Origin: Psammoneis japonica
Taxonomy: Eukaryota
DNA: 64,000 nucleotides
Direction of reading: 5' to 3'
NCBI GenBank assembly: GCA_008632985.1
Contig: QPGO01000005.1
Coordinates: 62,001-126,000, forward strand
A model generated the notes under the pieces. That model was not told the origin of the DNA. It worked only from the letters and a program-made list of their open reading frames with translations, and did not search any database. A program made the translations under genes and the position numbers. The number at the start of each line of letters is the position of its first letter. Position 1 is the first letter of the stretch. Shown here piece by piece: positions 1 to 12,330 of this stretch.

Positions 1-466
1 TTGGGGGCAAATCCACCTCATCACTCCAAAGGTCTTGTGGTATAGACCTGTAGGCGCACCCTCCAGTCCAATCGATTGTGCAGATCACATCCGCTTGCTC
101 CAAAGCTGAGGCGAGCTTCGAGGAATCATCAGTCTCTGATAGAAATTGCCAGCTGAATTCTCTCCAACCCGATTCTGCGTCTAATCGACGCCATCCTACT
201 TCCTCAGGTAGGGTTACTGCATACATGTCAAGTCGACTTGCGTCTTCTTCAGATATTTCGGGATATGCCAATGGATTATCGTCCGTACTAGCATGGTCCG
301 GAGCCGGACGACAACACCAAACACTCAGCTGACAGCCTAGTTCTAGCAGTGACTTTGCGAGGCTTCTACTCAAGATACCATTCCCGCTAAAAGGACTATA
401 GGTAAATTCATATGTCAAGAGCACAATGCGAAGAGGGTCGTTTGCTGCTGCCGTCAGATTGCCCAT
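1..466 (-). CDS. Glycosyltransferase family 4 (GT-B) protein, N-terminal part; runs off the window start
   Basis: Manual translation from ATG at 466 is open to position 1: MGNLTAAANDPLRIVLLTYEFTYSPFSGNGILSRSLAKSLLELGCQLSVW...ADVICTIDWTG. This resembles the GT4 N-terminal 'RIxLxxYEF..G.G....LA..L...G..V.V' pattern. Not in the ORF track because it has no stop. Confidence 0.7.
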   Translation of the reverse strand, partial: MGNLTAAANDPLRIVLLTYEFTYSPFSGNGILSRSLAKSLLELGCQLSVWCCRPAPDHASTDDNPLAYPEISEEDASRLDMYAVTLPEEVGWRRLDAESGWREFSWQFLSETDDSSKLASALEQADVICTIDWTGGCAYRSIPQDLWSDEVDLPP

Positions 467-2123
467 GATGCCGCATGTAACAATATTCATATTTGCATGT
501 TTTTACAACAACATCGGACCTCCACGATTCAAATCAGAGATCCAAGATTCGAACCCCGTGTGCGATGCTCAGTCTCGAATCCCGCGGAAGCCGAGTCACG
601 AATGCGATATTTGTTCCTAGCTTCGCGCTTGTTTAACTTCGCGTTTCCTTTAGATGGCAGCTGCATCTGCTCATAAAAACTGCTCATAATCTTTCTAACG
701 CACTGATTATCACCTCTCAACTTTTGGTACAATAAAGTCACTGATTGATTGTTGCATCGCAATTACAGCTTTTAATCACTGAAAGTGCAGACGAATCTTA
801 AAATTCTGGCTACTTTCCCACACCGCACTGTTACTTGCGCTCTTTTCTGCTGTCATCTCGGCGAACGAAAAATGCCAAAAAAGGGTCTGTGTGCCCATCC
901 GTTCAGAACCGAGACTTATTGTGTTTGAGACCCTGTCCATGATGGACGCTCTTGTGATGTAATGTCAAATCATGTTATGAGCTTTCTAGACACTGCTTCC
1001 CTGGTGCTCTTGGCATCTTGCATCAGGTTCACCTCACTCACCCACACGTCAAGAGCCTGTGGTTGTGGGTGAAAATGCCAACTCTTTGGAGTCGTCTCCG
1101 CCGTTGACACACTGGTCTCTCGTCCTCTGTTGCAAGCGGTGAGCAGAGATCAAGCAACTGCGCCCAACACATGGAGGCAAGCCATCCTTGCTGGCTTGGT
1201 GAGTGCCTCTCAACTACAGACCAAGAAACTCTTGGTTCTTCTCCTCTCAGCAAAATCTTTGTTGTGGGACCCGGGAATGTGGAGAGTCCTCCACCAGCTG
1301 CCACAGCAACAACACAATGTTTGCAGAGCACTCTCAGACATGAGAAAATGAGCCTCATCAGCCTTGACCTTGAGCTGAGAGCATGACTCTTTTTTTTGTT
1401 CACACACACAACAGTGCTGCTGTGGCAAATGTCTTTGTGCAAAACTCTGTGCCACATGCTGCATTGTTGAATGCTGCCAAACAATTCTGTCACACTGTCA
1501 CAATGAAGTGCTGTGGTGGTGCAATGTTTCTGACACACCACCTTGTGAGAAGCACACAAGGCTGCCACAACACAACAGCCACAGCCACAAAAGAAAGAAC
1601 AGGCTTCTTCCTGGCAATGAGCTGACTGTCAGGAAAAGAGCTTTTTAAGGAATCAGAAGCAAAGCATGCCTTGAGCATGATTTGTGCTGCACCCAATGAT
1701 CTGTGCTCTTTGCTGCAGCTGGCCTGTGCTGTTGTGCAATGTTGGCAACTTGTGCACAACATGCAAGCCTTGGCACAATTGGGCCAAACGTGCACTGCAT
1801 CATGGTCTCATCATGGCTGATGACAACATCAGGAGGTTCATGAAAGGGCATTTTCCTTGCACATGAGCTGTGCAAAAATCACGCAGAACAAGAAATGGCC
1901 CTTGGCAAATGGAGCAGAGCAATTTTTGTCACAACACAAAGCACTTTTTCTCCACTTTTTGAAAGTGCATCTTTTTTTCAAAAACAAAAAAAGAGTCAAC
2001 AAAGCTCATGTTCTCATCCTCTGAAGATTCACATGGGTTGTGTCTGGGGCCAGAGAGAGAAGCTGCATCAAGGCTTGGTTGGCACAACCAAGTGCCAATT
2101 GCTGAATTGACTGTGCAGGTCAA

Positions 2124-2435
2124 TGTTGCCCAAAGGAAATCCTCTGATTTTTCCCATGCTGCTGTTTTTTGCACTTGTCCTGGTTGCTGTGGCAGCTGCA
2201 GTTTGCCTGGAAGTTCTCAACAAAGTTTGATCTTGTGATGCAACAGGTGCCCCCACTGATGCCACAACGCAATTCAAACAAACCAGATGATTGACTCCAA
2301 AGAGTGAGACAAAAGAAGGATGGTGAGATTGGTGAGGAATGAGTTCTCATTTCCAAAGTGTCACAAGATCCACCACATCAGTGGCTGAAGTGTCGTCTTT
2401 TCAACAACTCTGCACCTGGGTTGGATGCTCCAACA
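2124..2435 (-). repeat. 3' LTR of outer copia element
   Basis: Aligns to 12436-12768 (shared cacttgtcctggttgctgtggcagctgcag, catttccaaagtgtcacaagatccacca). Begins TGTTGGAGCATC on minus, right after a purine-rich AAGGAGTG (PPT-like). Left boundary approximate. Confidence 0.7.
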
Positions 2436-3799
2436 CACTCCTTGTGCTTGCAACAACATTCTGCCATTCATGTGACCTGCCCTTGTTGGCCATGTTGCAG
2501 TCTTGTGGTTCACCAGTCTGCTTGGAACTCTTGGTGTCACTGCCACTCACTTCAGGACTCTTGATGTCCTGCAACTGACAAACACACAAATGTGTGTGCT
2601 TGTTTCCATTGCTGCAATCAATCAAATCATCAAATGAACATGCAAATCCACAGACACTTCCACAAAGTGTGCTCCACATGAGCAGGATGAGATTTCTCTT
2701 TCTCACTCTCATCTTTCAAACATCCAATCTGATCCATGACCCAACTGTTGATTGTCTCTGGAGTCAAATCCAGGGATGCCATGTTGGCACAGTGCCACTT
2801 TTCTCACAGTTTGGTGGTTGCCAGGTCTGATGGCAGAAAAATGCTGCCAAGTTCCTGGCATCAAACACAATCCCTTTGGCATCCATCATGAGCCTGCATT
2901 GCTCTCATGCACTGGTGGGATCCAAATCCTGCAGTTTCATGAGGGGACCACAAATCCCACTCATGCTTGTGCCAAAGGCAGGAAAGCCAACACTTGACTT
3001 GCAGCACAAGAGGTCAATGTCAGTCTTGTTGAGGCCAAGAAAGGTTGGTCCTTTGCACAAATGAACAGCTTGTTTTGTCTCCAGGAATTGGCTCCCAGGA
3101 CTTGCCAAAATTCTTTGGTCTTGCGTGCTTTGATGGCATGCACGCTTCAGTGTTTGGGATGCAACCCCTTTGTTGCCAAGGATGAAGAACATCAGTGCAG
3201 CAGCAGTGAGATGCTCAAGCATTTCACAGCTTGTCTTCACCTCTGTCAAGGGGCTCTGCAGCTCCCTCATTTTGTGGCACCTTTGCAACCACAGGGCTCT
3301 CCTCCATGGGCCCTTGTTTGTCCAGCCCCCATGTTGGGAGCACTGGCTTGGATCCTTGATCCTCATTCTCTTCTGCAATCCTTTGACTTTGCATGGACAA
3401 ATGGCATTGCAACAAATGCAAAGACTGGGGGGGGAATGTCAATCCCCATGCTCTCATGCAATCCTTGAGTGCATTTCTCATCACACAATGTCAATCTCTC
3501 ATGTTCTTGCAGCTTTTCAAGGTCACAAAACCTCTGCCAACAGTCCCGCAGCTGCTGTTGGGTGTGGATGTCATCACCAAAATCCAACTCAAACTTGCAG
3601 CTGTCAGTCATCTTGTGTGACCACTCTGAAGAAATCACAGTTGCCAATTGCCTCCATTGATGAGCTGCATCCACAGATTGTGATTGCTGTTGAACCTTTG
3701 GCATGGTGCTCTTCCAGGTGCCAGGGATCTTTCACCCACATGCATCAGAATTCTCATCTGACATCACAAAGAACAGGACTTGTGTCTGTCACACTTGAA

Positions 3800-5440
3800 G
3801 TTGACAGCCCATGACAGCTCACAAAAACTTTTAAGACTTCTTGCCTTGTGATGGCTTTGTCATGAAGTGTCCCAATGCATCATTGGCAGGACAATGATGC
3901 ACTCACAAGTTGCCCTTCTTGATCTGATTAGCAACAAACAAACAGCCAATGTTGAGCACTTGTGACTGCTTGCCAGCACTCTTGCACCCATCAGTCTCAA
4001 GCAGGACAGTGCTCTTGTTGTCCTGGCACAGGACATTCTTGTCAATTGGACATGCCTCTGGTGCTCCATGAACAACTTTGTCTGCAGCATCACAGTCATG
4101 GCATCATTGACTCCAACAAGTTCAGCTTCTGTGTTGCTTTGGGTGTTGAGCTTCTTGTGCTTGTTTGAGATGGCCTGCACTGCTCCGCCACCCATTGTCA
4201 CAACTCCTCTGGCTGGTGTGACTCTTTGAATTGGGGTGTGCTGCAAATGATGCATCCACACACCACTTGACAACTCGGAGGTCCTTTGTGCTTGTTTGCA
4301 GCAACTTCATTTCTTGTCTCTGGTTCATGTGCATGAGACAACAGACCAGCCAGCTTTCCCGATCTTTGTTGGCAGGAGCTCTTGCATGCATGACATGGTG
4401 ACAGCAGAATGTGTGTCCACTTGGCCTCTCTCTTGTGCACAAACAGTCCCTTGGCCACCCATGTGTGGAAGGTCTGAGCCTTCTCATCTGACAATCTTGT
4501 TCCATCAGTGTCAAATGTCTTCTCTCCCCTGGCTGGTGTCACAGTGAAATCCACACTCTTTGACTTTTCTGGAAATTGGTCAATCATCTTGTAAATGCAG
4601 CCTGCCATCTTGACTTTCACTTTGCCCTTTTGGCTGAAGTCCAAAAACTTCACCATGGCTTCCATGCATCTTGTTTAGCCAGCTTGAAAATTTGTCATTT
4701 GCTTTTGGGTTCTTGTGGCTCAATGGCAGGTTGTCCACATGAAATCAAATTATGTGCTGCTTGCTGTTGACCACTCAATTGGCAATGCATGGATCACATG
4801 GGTTGAACTTAAACCCTGTCTTCTCCAAGTCATTGCAAAATTGATTGCACCACAATGGAGCCATGATTGGCATGCCGTAGATGGCTCTAATGACTTGGAT
4901 GCAAAGGACTGTCTTTTGCCTTTTTCTGGAACCACATGAGGTCTGTGCAGGTTGGGATCAATGCTCACTGGCATGTCCACTGGCACTCCTGCAATCTTCA
5001 TCATGAGCCAGTCTTCACCTTCTCCAGGCTCTAGCATCATTGTTGGCACAAATGCACCGGGAATGATGGCACTCATTTCATTGTGTTTTTCATGGGCATC
5101 AACAACTGTCATCATCATTGTCCCCTCAAGGGATGTGGCAGGGCTGACTGACTCATCTTTGTCTGGCCACTCTCTGGTTGGTTCCCCACTGCCTGTTGCA
5201 GGCCATTTGCCCTTTTGTGTGACCGTTTTGTTCTCAGCTGGGAACATCAAGGCTGTCATGGCCTTGGTTCTCTCAGTTGGAGTCTTGTCCTTGATTGATG
5301 CTGGTGCAAAGCACACTTGGTTGTGCAACTGTTTGATTTCTTTCTCTGAGGTGTCATGCCCCTTTTGGCCAAATGCTTTGAGAGGCCTCTGTGGAGCAAA
5401 TGTTGTCAGGCAAAACTTGTGCCCTCTCCACTTTTGAGTT
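3800..5440 (-). pseudogene. Copia RT/RNase H remnant (outer element)
   Basis: Frameshifted fragments 4750..5328, 4198..4665, 4122..4514 and 3860..4273 carry RT/RNase H motifs (SPATSLE, DAHEKH, KWCVDASFA, KLNTQSNTEAELVG, MTKPSQG). Confidence 0.85.
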
Positions 5441-6155
5441 GGTCATTGATCTCACACATGAAGTGCACAAGTGCCATTGCCATTTCCACTTCACATTCTA
5501 AATCATCCTTTGGATTGGGACTCATGATGGCATGTAAATGATGGCAGTGCTCAAGCTTGTGTTGCTCCTTTGCTGTCCTTCTGGCATTTGCCACTCCTGT
5601 GAAATAAACTTTCTTGTCTTCATTTCTCTGTGATGTCATCAATGTTGAAGGATGCTCCACTTCTTGTTGTGACTCTTCCTGGCACAGCATTTGCTTCTTC
5701 TTCCATTCAATTGCCTCCCCATCTTGGGTCTTCCTGGGGTTCTCTGTCTTGTTGGGGTTTTTCACTTTCACAGTGACTGTTGTCTTCTGGGTCTTCTTCG
5801 ACCTTGTGCTCCTCTTGAACTTTGTGCTGTTGATCAGGACTGGACCTTTTGTTGGCTGGCATCTCATTGGCCTCTCCTTTGCACTCATCATCTGAGTCAG
5901 GTTTGTTTTTGTGGTGTTTGTCTTCTGACTTGGCTGCACAGTGTGCATTGTTGTTTTTGTTTTCTGTGCTTTCATCATTGCTGTCTCTGTTGCTTTTGGC
6001 TTCATTGTTGTCCAGGCACTCCTGCAGTCCAGTCAGCATCACGCAGATTGTCTCTGCACTTTCCTGCAAACTTGAATTCCTTGATGACTTGTTGTTTGGC
6101 CATTTGCTTGACAGCCACAATGTGCATGTCAGCCAAGGGTGCAGAGGTGCACTTG

Positions 6156-6391
6156 AGTCAAGATGCAGTCCCACAGCTGGGTGGGATGGATGAGACCTTG
6201 GAGGTTGGTGGCAATGTGAGTGGCAACAGAGCAAACAGATGCTTGTTTCAAAGTCATTGTCTAAAAATTATGACGAAAGTCGTTGGTTCTGTTTTGAATC
6301 GATTTGTGTGATGAGTTGATTGTTTCGAAGAAATGAGCTGAGTCTGGGTTGCAGTCGTGAGATGCGACCAGAATGACGTTGAGTTGTGACT
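6156..6391 (-). repeat. 3' LTR of nested element (AGTC...GACT termini)
   Basis: Colinear ungapped match to 9218-9453. Confidence 0.92.
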
Positions 6392-6412
6392 CTCCCTCTC
6401 AACCGAGAGAGC

Positions 6413-8870
6413 TCACCAGCCCATGAGAGCCTTTCCAGCCGTGCGGAACGCATTGGTCTGCAGTCCCTTCGTGAACTGATTGGCTGGTTGCTCTGGAGTG
6501 CTGACAGATTGGATGTCGATCTCCAATTGTTCGACTTTAGTCCTAAACCAGTGGCACGGGATGCCGATGTGTTTGGCTTGCGGAGACAACTTGGGCATGC
6601 ATGCGAGCTTGAGGCATGCGGAGTTATCTTCACACACAACAGATGCAGGCAGGACATTCTGCTCAACAGGCGAGTCATCGGTGCCTTGGTTTGCAAGCTC
6701 AAAAGCCTTGGAGTGAGTCGTGACAGGGTTTTGGTGGTCAGACTTTCCAAATGCGTGGTGGTTGAGCTCCTTGAGAACTTCACGAATGGGGATGAGATCG
6801 CGCACAGCTTGAGAAAGTGCGACACATTCTGCTTCCACAGTCAACAATGCTGCAAGAGTCTGCAGCTTGGACACCCAGACAAGCGGGCAGCCAGCGCAGC
6901 AGATGAGGTGTCCAGTCCTGGACTTGACAGAAACTGGGTCTTGACCATCTTCCACACCAAACAACCCCGCGAAGTCAGAATCGACGCAACAATCAACTCG
7001 ATGATCTTGTGCAGGCTTGAGAATGAGACCTGCAGCAGCAGCAGCTTTGAGGTGTCGGAGCATCCGCTTCACTGCAGCAGTGTGGGATGCTTGGGGTGCA
7101 AACGAAAATCGAGCCACTTGATGTGCAGCACATGCAATGTCTGGCCGGCTGTTTGCTGCCAAGTGCACCAACATTCCAACAACTGAGTGACAATCGCAGG
7201 GTTCATCAAAAGGCAGGCCGTCCATGTCGGCACCAACAGCCGCAGGTGGAGCTGGAGCAGATGCTCCATTGCAATCCTGCATCTGTGCGGTGTGCAGGAC
7301 CTTGTCAATTAGACCGGGTTGAGTGAGTAGAAATCGACCCTCGAAGAGCTTTTCGATCTTGACACCGAGAAAGTTGCCGACTTCTCCTTCGTCTCTGAGT
7401 TCAAACACATGTTGATGTTCATCGTCCGAGACTCCCAACTTGCGAATTTCTTCTTCAAGAGCTTCAGCTGAAGCTCCAGCAAACACTGTGTTGTCAACGT
7501 GCACCACACACATCACACCCTCTTTGAAATACAAACAGGGGTCCACAGTTGAAGGCATCCATCCGCGCTCGATTAAACCAGCTCGTGACTTCTCGTGGAA
7601 GCCCTTGGGAGAGTGTTTTAGGCCACACAGTCCTTTCAAAAGTTTGAGGACCATGTTGAGTCCCGACCTTGGCGCAAAACCCTTCAGCGGTGTTTTGTGA
7701 ACTTCCTCGGCTACATCAGCTTGGCAGAAGGCTGTGGCATGGTCCACCTGACGTGCAGTCCATCCTTCCTTCAATGCCGCAGTGAGCATGAGTCGGATGC
7801 TGGACCATTGCATGACTGGTGCACAGGTTTCAAAACAATCCACTCCTTCTTTCTGCAAATCACCGCGGATGCAGCATTGGGCCTCACACTTGAGAGGGGT
7901 TCCATCTGGGAGTCTCTTGAGCTTTTGGGTGCCCATGTGCCTGGAAGTGCATTCATCTGCAGCTGATGCTTGACTGCTTTCCAGGCTCGACGATGCACGA
8001 GTGCATTGACCTCAATTTTCATTGCCTTGATCCATTCGTCGGCGTCCGGACCTTTCAGAGCATTGTGCAATGAAGGCACATCAGGGTCCTTGGTCTTCTC
8101 ACTAGCTGCGCGGGCTTGTGGATCATTGACATTGATGGCGCCACTGTCCAAATCTGTCTCAAGAGTTGCCAGACAAGCCAGTCGAGCCTCGTGTCTGATC
8201 GGTGTTGGCATTTCCTCGACGGTGCTGAAGCAGACTTCATCTGTGAACTTGGTGGAGTTGAGCTGTCCCTTGGTTGACCTTGAAGACCATCACAGCCCTG
8301 ATGCTCCCTCTGGATTCGTCATGGGAGGTGTCTCAGCTGGGGGAGGAGCTGTTGGTTCCGTTGGCGCTTTGGGTGGTGGAAGTTCGTTGCTGTCTTGAGG
8401 TTCAGGTGGCTGAATTGGCACAGATTCTGCAGAGTCTGTGGGAGTTTGAGTCGCAGGTGGGGCTGGTGGTGCTGGCTGAAGAGTCGCAGGTGTGACTTGA
8501 TTGGGAACGTTGTCGCAAGAAATGGATGAATCTGGCACAGCAATTGATGGAGTGGGCTCAAAATGGCCGTGAATGCGTGTCGCTCTGGCTGGTTCTTGCT
8601 CTTTACGTTGATGCTCTGGAGGGGCAAGCCACTCATCGTGCAGGTGGACCAATTGATCCTTCTCCAGAGGGATGCACATTGATTGGTTGAGATGCAAGTG
8701 CTCCCAGTGATCAGGTGGATCCGTCTCCCTCTCGATTGATGGCACGGCAGTGAAGAGATCGTCAAAGACCACATGACACTGAGGAGTGACGCTTCTCTCA
8801 GTGCACTGAACCAAACAGGAAAACCAGAGGCACCGTGGGAGCTGGTGTGTGTGCATGTAGAGCAGATTTG
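6413..8870 (-). pseudogene. Copia pol: post-integrase linker, RT and RNase H; hypermutated
   Basis: ORFs 6413..7936, 7771..8211 and 8290..8931 contain VTPQCHVVFDD, WIKAMKIEVNAL, GVDCFETCAPV, KGLCGLKHSP, DPCLY, HVDN, RPDIAC, VDSDFAG, EAECVAL, CEDN, QPANQFTKGL. Confidence 0.92.
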
Positions 8871-9217
8871 CACGCTTTTCTCCCACTGGTGGTGCCAGTG
8901 TCATTTGGTTGTTTAAACCCTGTCTCAGCACACGTCATTGCATCCTGACTCTCCCACTCATCGCAGGCACCTGGCATGGGCAGTGCCGCATGGCGGACAT
9001 CATGTGTGTGCAACGATTTGTCATTGGGAGACAATCAAGATGGCTGCAATGTTTAACTAGAGGAATTCTTGGTTGAACTCAACTTGCCTCATTTGCATGT
9101 TGAAGTTGGTTGCATTGGGCACATGTGCGCCACAGGAGGCGACTTTTTGGAAGTGCCCACACATGTGGATAGGTGGGTCGAACCCGAGGCCACGCGGGAA
9201 CGTGAAGGGTCACAACC

Positions 9218-9453
9218 AGTCGAGATGCAGTCCTGCAGCTGGGTGGGATGGACAAGACCTCGGAGGTTGGCAGCAATGTGAATTGCAACAGAGCAAACAG
9301 ACGCTTGTTTCAAAGTCGTTGTCTAAAAATTATGACGAAAGTCATTGGTTCTGTTTTGAATCAATTTGTGTGATGAGCCAACTGTTTCGAAGAAAAGAGC
9401 TGAGTCTGGGTTGCAGTCATGAGATGCGACCAGAATGACGTTGAGTTGTGACC
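9218..9453 (-). repeat. 5' LTR of nested element
   Basis: Colinear match to 6156-6391; followed on minus by a PBS-like sequence. Confidence 0.92.
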
Positions 9454-12330
9454 ACTTGCAGGGGTTCAATGTCTTCCCCGTGTGCAGGTTCACAGTGCAG
9501 TGACCACCCCTGGGCAAGTTGAAACATGGTTGCAGGCAGATGCTGTTGACACCACTCACTTCCACAGTGTTTGTCTTGTCATTCTCAACACAGGAAACAA
9601 CAAGTTCCCCAAGCTTGAGCTGAAAGTGTTTGTTGCAGTCGTCAAGGTTTCTTCATTGCACAACAGCATGTGGACTGCAAGTGTCAGAAATCCCTTCCTT
9701 TTCTGGGTGCACATTTGATGTGACTGTGTTCCAGATCATGCCTTGCTCACACACCAACTTGGGTGTCATGTTGTGCAGCATGTGATGTCATGCACAGTGG
9801 CTCTGGTTCACTCCTTGATGGCCTGGATGCTTTGTTCAACTTCAGGAACATGGTCCTTGGCATTTGCAGATGTTTGCTCTAGATTCATGCCATCCGTGAG
9901 TTCCACCAGTGTGTCCTCCTTGAACTCTGGATCACACTCAACAAAATCAATCTTAAACAGGGTTGTGTTGTGCTGTCAGAGAATCATGTCCAAGGCTTTG
10001 CAAACATGCTCGTGCTTCTTTGACTTCAGTCTCACACTTGATCCGCACTTGATCATCTTGTCAACAACATGCAGTGTCTTGCCAATGCATGCTTTCATGA
10101 CATCAATGCAGATGGTCATGTGTCTTCTCTCCACTTCTCAGAGATTTCAGGTGGAAGTGCAAAAGTGTCGTTCCTCTCATGGGAATGGTGTGCATGCTTG
10201 GTCTTGCCTTTGAGTGCATCTGTTGGTGGACCCCATGTGGCCACCATTCCATCCATGTCTTTGGGAACAATGGATGGGTTTTTCACCTGATTGGATCACA
10301 AAACTGGCTTGAAATCCCTCACACTGGGTGTTCCAGCCTCACAGCATGGCCTGAGTGCTTCCTCAGTGTTCACCACTTCTCTTTCAGTGCAGCCTTTCAC
10401 ACTCTGTTTCACAGTTGGGACAGCAGCTCCCAACACACACTCCTGTTGTGCTCATTGTTGGTCTTCTTCATGACCTTCTTGTCCTCAATTCAGCAGCATG
10501 CTCACGTGCAACTCATCTTCTTGGAGTTCTTTCCAAATGGCCAAGAAATTGCTGGCTTGGTGCAAATGCACATGGCCTGATGTTGTTGACTTTGAACACT
10601 GCAACTTGTTTGCCAGTCTTCTTGTCCAGCAGACAGAACTCATCCACCACTCTGTTGTCACATGCAACACAGCACTTGCTCTTCACATCCTTCAGACTTG
10701 GAATGTTTGCCACTGCACTCCACAATCCAAGCTTCACATCACCCCATCCTGGCACAGGAGTGCAGTCTTTGTCCACTCCTGCACTGGTGAACAGATCAAT
10801 CTTGGTCCTTGCCAGTCACACACTGTGCACCAGTTTCCAACTTGCTGCCATGCAAAGGGCAGAGCTGTTGCCAAGGATGAATTCATGTGACTCAATGGCA
10901 ACATTGGCTTTGCTCAAACTTGTCTCCAGCCTTTCTTCAGCCCATTCATCAACTTGAAACCCACACCACACAATGTTTCTCTTGTTGCTGCTTGCTGATG
11001 AGCAGTCTTTGTCTCTTTGTGCATGACTGGGTCTCCTGGCATCCAGTTTCCTGCCAGTGTTCTTGTGCCAGTCCTTCTGATGGATCTCATCCTTGTGCTT
11101 GAAGTCTGAGGACTTGTGGCCTGCTTCACCACAAAAGTGGCACACTGCAGCACCTTGGTTGCCACTCTGGGCATGACTCTGGTCTTGTGGGTTCTTGGAC
11201 TTGTCGCCAGTCCAATCTCCATTCTTGGTGCTTGGACATTCATCATTCTGCTTGTGCCACCTCTTGCATGGATCATTGTCCTCCTCAGGATGGTTCGGCA
11301 ACACATCCATTGCCTTCTTGAGGGTCTTTGGACATGAGTCCCTTCCCAGCAGGCTGCAGTCTCTCACAAGGCTCTTCTTGAGGTTCTTGCAGAAATGGTC
11401 ATCACTGTTCTCCACAAACAGGTGTGCAGTCCATGTCTTGAGTGCAGCATCTTTTGGCATGGTTTGATCCACTGGGGCAGCACAGTCCTTGTGCTCCTTG
11501 GTGTTCTTGACAGATCCATCTGGCATCTTGCTGCCAAGACCTTTGCTTGTGGCATCCCCTTGATTCTTAAATCTTGGTGGGTGGTCATTCAGAGTGACTT
11601 GTCCTCCAACTGTTTCACTTCCTGTGTGTGCTTCAGGGACTTGGCAAGTGTGTGGAACAGGTGTTGTCCTCTCATGGAGTCAAGTGCAAGTGACTGGATC
11701 AGCTTCAACAGTTTGATTGGGTCATCTCTGATCCTCTGGCAATTGGGAAATCAGCTCCTTGCACTCTTTGCTTCATCAGCTTGGCACACAGCAATCATCT
11801 GGGATTGCTGCGGGTGCAGTGCTCTTGTTCTCTTCAAGCTTCTTCACTTTGTTGTTGCAGTCATGCAACTTGATCTTGCACTCATGTTCAAGATGTCTTT
11901 CTTCTCCAGGATCGTGCACTCATGTTCAAGATGTCTTTCTTCTCCAGCTCTCTCATTGCCTGTTCCTTGCAGTTTGCATCACCTGATGCTGGCACTGTTG
12001 TCATTGCCATCGCCAATGCACAGGTCTCTCACCAGCAAAAAATTCATGTGTGTCATGTCTTCTGGAGACCTTGCCAGATGCATGCCTTTGCCACACTCCT
12101 TTTGCACAAGGTTGATGGTCTTTCTTTCCTTGGCATCTTTGAACATCACATTGTGCAAGAAGAGTTGCTGTTCATCGATGATGGGCGAAACTTCTTTTCT
12201 GGCTTGAAGCTCTTCCTCGGGTCAGTCTTCTTGTTCTCAAAGCAGCAAGACTTGTGGCCTCTGCCACACCTGCCTTGGTTGTGTCCTCAGCCTTTGGCAC
12301 TCGTTCTGCCTCCTCCTCTGCCACTCACAA
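9454..12330 (-). pseudogene. Copia gag-protease-integrase remnant (outer element)
   Basis: 10816..11526 has a gag-like region plus CCHC knuckle remnant (CHFCGEAGHKSSDF) and protease remnant; WGPPTDALKGKT and integrase remnants at 9480-10290. Confidence 0.8.

Larger units (their letters stand above)
6156..9453 (-). mobile_element. Internally deleted Ty1/copia element nested in the outer element's post-integrase region
   Basis: Two 236-bp LTRs (6156-6391, 9218-9453); 5-bp TSD ACTTG (6151-6155, 9454-9458); PBS-like GGTTGTGACCC (9217-9207); PPT GAGAGGGAG (~6400-6392). The host frame rejoins across it (GGHCTVNLHTGKTLNPCK|CTSAPLADMHIVAVKQMA). No recognisable gag or integrase core. Confidence 0.92.

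Noticed and set aside
6413..7936. Alternative genetic code or A-to-I RNA editing explaining Tyr->Cys/His
   Set aside because: Host genes use Tyr normally, and changes occur on both strands and differently in the two LTRs, which RNA-level editing would not produce.
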